DNA of 64,000 nucleotides from Candidatus Omnitrophota bacterium (lineage in GTDB: Bacteria; Omnitrophota; Gorgyraeia; Zapsychrales; Fredricksoniimonadaceae), in assembly GCA_021731625.1 (NCBI GenBank), contig JAKFXC010000058.1:815-64814 (forward strand). The letters run 5' to 3'. Made by a program: the position numbers and the translations under genes. Below the pieces are notes generated by a model. The model saw only the letters and a list, made by a program, of their open reading frames with translations. It searched no databases and was not told the DNA's origin. This document shows, in pieces, positions 61,217 to 64,000 of this stretch (positions are counted from its first letter, which is position 1; each line of letters opens with the position of its first letter).

Positions 61217-61351
61217 ATGAATATCGAAACCCGAATGGATTCTCGCTTGCGTGGCATTAACGGTAAGGGTATTAAATTTAAACTCGACCCAGCCATGGTT
61301 GAGCAATTGCAAAAGCCGACCGATATCCAGATGTTCCTTGGTATTTTATAG
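61217..61351 (+). pseudogene. degenerate orphan copy of the shared C-terminal module (remnant, different frame from the upstream gene)
   Basis: ...RGINGKGIKFKLDPAMVEQLQKPTDIQMFLGIL compared with the paralog C-termini ...DPAMIEQFQNAPGFVPVIINIRPLTDIRMFLGI. Nucleotide-level similarity with an internal deletion. Overlaps the lexA 3' end. Confidence 0.4.
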
Positions 61352-61942
61352 TTTCCGCACCACGGACACAACCACGCCGATGATGGAGGCGGAGTCGTTT
61401 AAGGGAATTGGATTGTAACGAGGATTGGCAGGTTTTAAAAAGTACCCGTCATTTTCTTTCTGCAGATATTTAACAGTTGTTTCTTCTCCTATTAAAGCCA
61501 CTACGATTTGACCCACTTCCGCAAATGATTGTTGCCGCACGATCACCAAATCGCCGGGCAAAATGCCGGCATCGATCATGCTGTCGCCTTTGACCCGCAA
61601 ACCGAAGGTGGTATTGGAAAGCACCAATCGATCCAAATTCAGGTATTCGTCGATATTCTCCACCGCCAACACCGGCGACCCGGCTTGGACCGTGCCCACA
61701 ATGGGGATGGAAAAGAGATTTTCGCGAATGATTTCAATGGCCCGGGATTTTTTTTCGGAAATGCGGATGAACCCTTTTTTGACCAGGGCTTTTAAATGGT
61801 CTTGGGCCGAGCGGGGGGAAGCAAAGGCAAAACGCGCCGCAATCTCCCTGATGCTGGGGGGCAATTGATTGTGTTTAATTTCTTCGTAAATAAATTTGAA
61901 AATTTCCTGCTGTTTTGGGGTCAAACGGTCGAGTTTAGTCAT
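61346..61942 (-). CDS. lexA: LexA repressor
   Basis: N-terminal wHTH (EIAARFAFASPRSAQDHLKALVKKGFI). C-terminal S24 peptidase with GDSM...K dyad (VKGDSMIDAGILPGDLVIV). Confidence 0.85.
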   Translation of the reverse strand: MTKLDRLTPKQQEIFKFIYEEIKHNQLPPSIREIAARFAFASPRSAQDHLKALVKKGFIRISEKKSRAIEIIRENLFSIPIVGTVQAGSPVLAVENIDEYLNLDRLVLSNTTFGLRVKGDSMIDAGILPGDLVIVRQQSFAEVGQIVVALIGEETTVKYLQKENDGYFLKPANPRYNPIPLNDSASIIGVVVSVVRKL

Positions 61943-61946
61943 GCGC

Positions 61947-62026
61947 CTATACTACTATTCATGCGTATAGTATGTCAAGCAAAAATTCAACTTGTCATGC
62001 TATACAAATGTATGGTATAAAGCATG
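61947..62026. promoter_or_regulatory. divergent lexA/polB-operon control region with two palindromes sharing TATAC/GTATA half-sites (candidate SOS operators)
   Basis: CTATAC-N12-GTATAG at 61947..61970. CATGCTATAC-N8-GTATAAAGCATG at 61996..62026. Confidence 0.3.
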
Positions 62027-62515
62027 CGGGAGCAAAATATGGCATTAAATGGGTTCGTCGGCAATGATTTTCACCAGGTCAACACGGCGCTGTTTTATCA
62101 CGCAGCCGAGCATTTGCCGACCTTGATTGTGGACTGCGCCAATTTTGCCGACCCGTATAAATTTTATCCCGCCATCGACGTGTGGGCCCTGCAGAACATG
62201 TATGTGTTTGAGCTGGAGCTGCTGCATAAGTTCCGGGACGTGCTGCGCCATCTGCCGGTTTACGCGCGGCAGTTAAACGTCCAGAGTATTATTGTGACCA
62301 CGGCGGATCATCTGATCAATTATCACGATGAAGATGAGAATGCCGGTATTTATCGGCACGCCTGGCAGTTGATGAAAAAAATCAGCCGCACCTCTGAGGT
62401 GACTGCCGGGGTTTTGCGCGGCTCCAAGCAATACGCATTGGCGTGGAAATACTGCGATCAACTTTGGGAGATGGATCATGGGACACACCGTCCGGTCACA
62501 GCGCATGGCGATTGA
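62024..62515 (+). CDS. hypothetical protein, first gene of the lexA-divergent operon
   Basis: 163 aa with no recognisable motif. Overlaps the next ORF. Confidence 0.4.
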   Translation: MREQNMALNGFVGNDFHQVNTALFYHAAEHLPTLIVDCANFADPYKFYPAIDVWALQNMYVFELELLHKFRDVLRHLPVYARQLNVQSIIVTTADHLINYHDEDENAGIYRHAWQLMKKISRTSEVTAGVLRGSKQYALAWKYCDQLWEMDHGTHRPVTAHGD

Positions 62516-62747
62516 CATTGTCTTAAGCGAACTGCAGGGATTTGCCGGGGCGTTGCGTCAAGAAGACCGCCGGTTATTGGAACGTTTGCTGCAAGAGCCG
62601 CTCAAACATGTTGGGGCGGTGTCGAATGCCGGCAGCATCAACATCTGGGCCATGATTTTGTTGTCGATTTTGATCGAACAAGAAAGGCGGTTAACGGCCT
62701 TGGAGAAAAAATATGATCGGCTGGCTGATCGACTGCTACCGCAGTGA
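62478..62747 (+). CDS. hypothetical protein, second gene of the operon
   Basis: 89 aa. Overlaps both neighbours (about 38 nt with upstream, about 35 nt with polB). Confidence 0.35.
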   Translation: MGHTVRSQRMAIDIVLSELQGFAGALRQEDRRLLERLLQEPLKHVGAVSNAGSINIWAMILLSILIEQERRLTALEKKYDRLADRLLPQ

Positions 62748-64000
62748 CAACCACATCGTGGTGTGGTTAAAGACGCTCGACGGAAAAGATGTGCGGTGCC
62801 AATATCCGTATCAGGTTTTTATTTATGCCCACCTGGATGCGATGCCTGATCTTAAGGCCTACGCCATTTCTTTCGAGGTCATTCAAAAGAAGACGTACGC
62901 GCATTGCCGGACCGTGCTCAAAATAGCCGTGCCCAGTCTGGACCGCTTCGAGGCATTTGTGAAGCACCTGGAACAGATCACCTCTTACCGCGTCACCCTC
63001 TATAACGCGGACATCAAGCCCGAGCAATCTTTTCTTTACGAGTATGATTTATGTCCTTTCACGAAAGTGCAGGCAGAGCGCGCACAGCCCCGCATCCAGC
63101 CGTTCATCGACGAAGAAAAGGCACCCCTGAAACAACTTGATCTGGAAGTTGTGCCGGGCGTACAAATCCGGCAGGAGTTTAATTTTCCGGTTCGCTCCAT
63201 TTTATTTAACGGTGAGGTTTTAAAAGGCCCGGAAGCAGCGGTCCTTAAAGAATTCGCCGCACTCTTTCACGCCTATGACCCCGACGTGGTTTCCATCCAT
63301 CGGGCCTACGCCGTCGTTCCTTATCTGGCGTCGCGACTAAAGAAACATAACATTGCTTTTAAATTTGACCGTTGGGACAGCCGATTGTTGAAATACCGAG
63401 GAGGGCGTTCCTATTGGAGTTATAACCAGGTGCGTTACCAGGATTATTCGGTGCGCCTGCGCGGGCGTTTATTGATCGATCGCAGCACAATGATCGGTTC
63501 CGAATGCGACCTGGAGGGAATCATCGAAATGGTCCGGCTTTCGGGGACATTGTTTCAGCAAACCGTGGCCCGCAGTTTCGGAGCTGTTTTTCAATCAGCG
63601 CTGGTGCGGTTGATGGTCAGCGAGGGGATGGTCATTCCTTATAAAGAAAAACCCATTGAGCCGCCGTTGTCGATGTTTCATTTGCTCAAAGCCGATCGCG
63701 GAGGACTCACCATCGACCCCAAAATCGGCTTTCATCAAAATGTCGCGGAGTTAGATTTTATCAGCATGTTTCCTTGGCTCATCTACAACCATAACATCTC
63801 CGCCGAGTGCATTTTGTCTAACGAGGGGCCGTTTGAGCAGGTGCCGGATTTGCCGATCAAGGCTTCCTTAAAAATCAAAGGCCTTATCCCTAGGGCTTTA
63901 AAACCTTTTATTGACCGCCGGATGTTCTATAAACAAAATCCGTCGGAGGAGCATAGCCGCCGGGCCCGGGGGCTTAAATGGATTTTAGTCAGCTGTTACG
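62713..64000 (+). CDS. polB: family B DNA polymerase (Pol II), N-terminal part; continues beyond the window
   Basis: MIGWLIDCYRSDNHIVVWLKTLDG...TLYNADIKPEQSFLYEYDL parallels E. coli Pol II (VYEADVRPPERYLMERFI). LDFISMFPWLIYNHNIS matches polymerase motif A (DxxSLYPS). Not in the ORF track because no stop codon occurs within the window. Confidence 0.8.
   Translation, partial: MIGWLIDCYRSDNHIVVWLKTLDGKDVRCQYPYQVFIYAHLDAMPDLKAYAISFEVIQKKTYAHCRTVLKIAVPSLDRFEAFVKHLEQITSYRVTLYNADIKPEQSFLYEYDLCPFTKVQAERAQPRIQPFIDEEKAPLKQLDLEVVPGVQIRQEFNFPVRSILFNGEVLKGPEAAVLKEFAALFHAYDPDVVSIHRAYAVVPYLASRLKKHNIAFKFDRWDSRLLKYRGGRSYWSYNQVRYQDYSVRLRGRLLIDRSTMIGSECDLEGIIEMVRLSGTLFQQTVARSFGAVFQSALVRLMVSEGMVIPYKEKPIEPPLSMFHLLKADRGGLTIDPKIGFHQNVAELDFISMFPWLIYNHNISAECILSNEGPFEQVPDLPIKASLKIKGLIPRALKPFIDRRMFYKQNPSEEHSRRARGLKWILVSCY

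Noticed and set aside
62024-62515. Considered calling the first gene of the lexA-divergent operon imuA because of its position next to lexA.
   Set aside because: No RecA/ImuA-type motifs were recognisable by eye and the downstream polymerase is family B (Pol II), not ImuB/DnaE2. Left as hypothetical.

Overview
This 64-kb window is a chromosomal segment from a Gram-negative (diderm) bacterium. The diderm call rests on SecA, Lnt, LptE, a BamD-like lipoprotein, LpxL, a TpsA/TpsB pair and several lipoproteins. Nearly all genes are on the + strand and many adjacent pairs overlap by a few bases (ATGA, TGATG), suggesting translational coupling. Most of the window is housekeeping: rpiB, glyA, nrdR, cca, miaA, hflX, rpsT, murJ, uvrC, ychF, prfB (with the canonical +1 frameshift site), secA, lnt, purN, eno, a divergently transcribed lexA and a polB gene truncated by the window end. 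There are three tRNA genes: Phe(GAA), Thr(CGU), and an initiator tRNA-fMet(CAU) interrupted by a 230-nt group I intron in the anticodon loop. Accessory content: (i) a two-partner secretion locus (TpsA exoprotein with an NPNG TPS domain, TpsB transporter) with an RBS-sequestering hairpin; (ii) a YefM/RelE-type toxin-antitoxin pair; (iii) a family of giant exported proteins (4998..8183 and 48509..54967) that share an unrecognised N-terminal ~300-aa domain and a ~60-aa C-terminal module, with a third degenerate copy of the module at 61217..61351. The 2165-aa member carries an adenosine/AMP-deaminase-like domain followed by two LOG-like domains. It lies, together with a 1947-aa metzincin/LamG giant protein and a small PD-(D/E)xK-like ORF, in a visibly AT-richer ~13.7-kb stretch between the tRNA-fMet gene and lexA. 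That stretch looks like a tRNA-associated island. All calls come from reading the six-frame translations and the DNA by eye. Domain boundaries are approximate and no database search was run.
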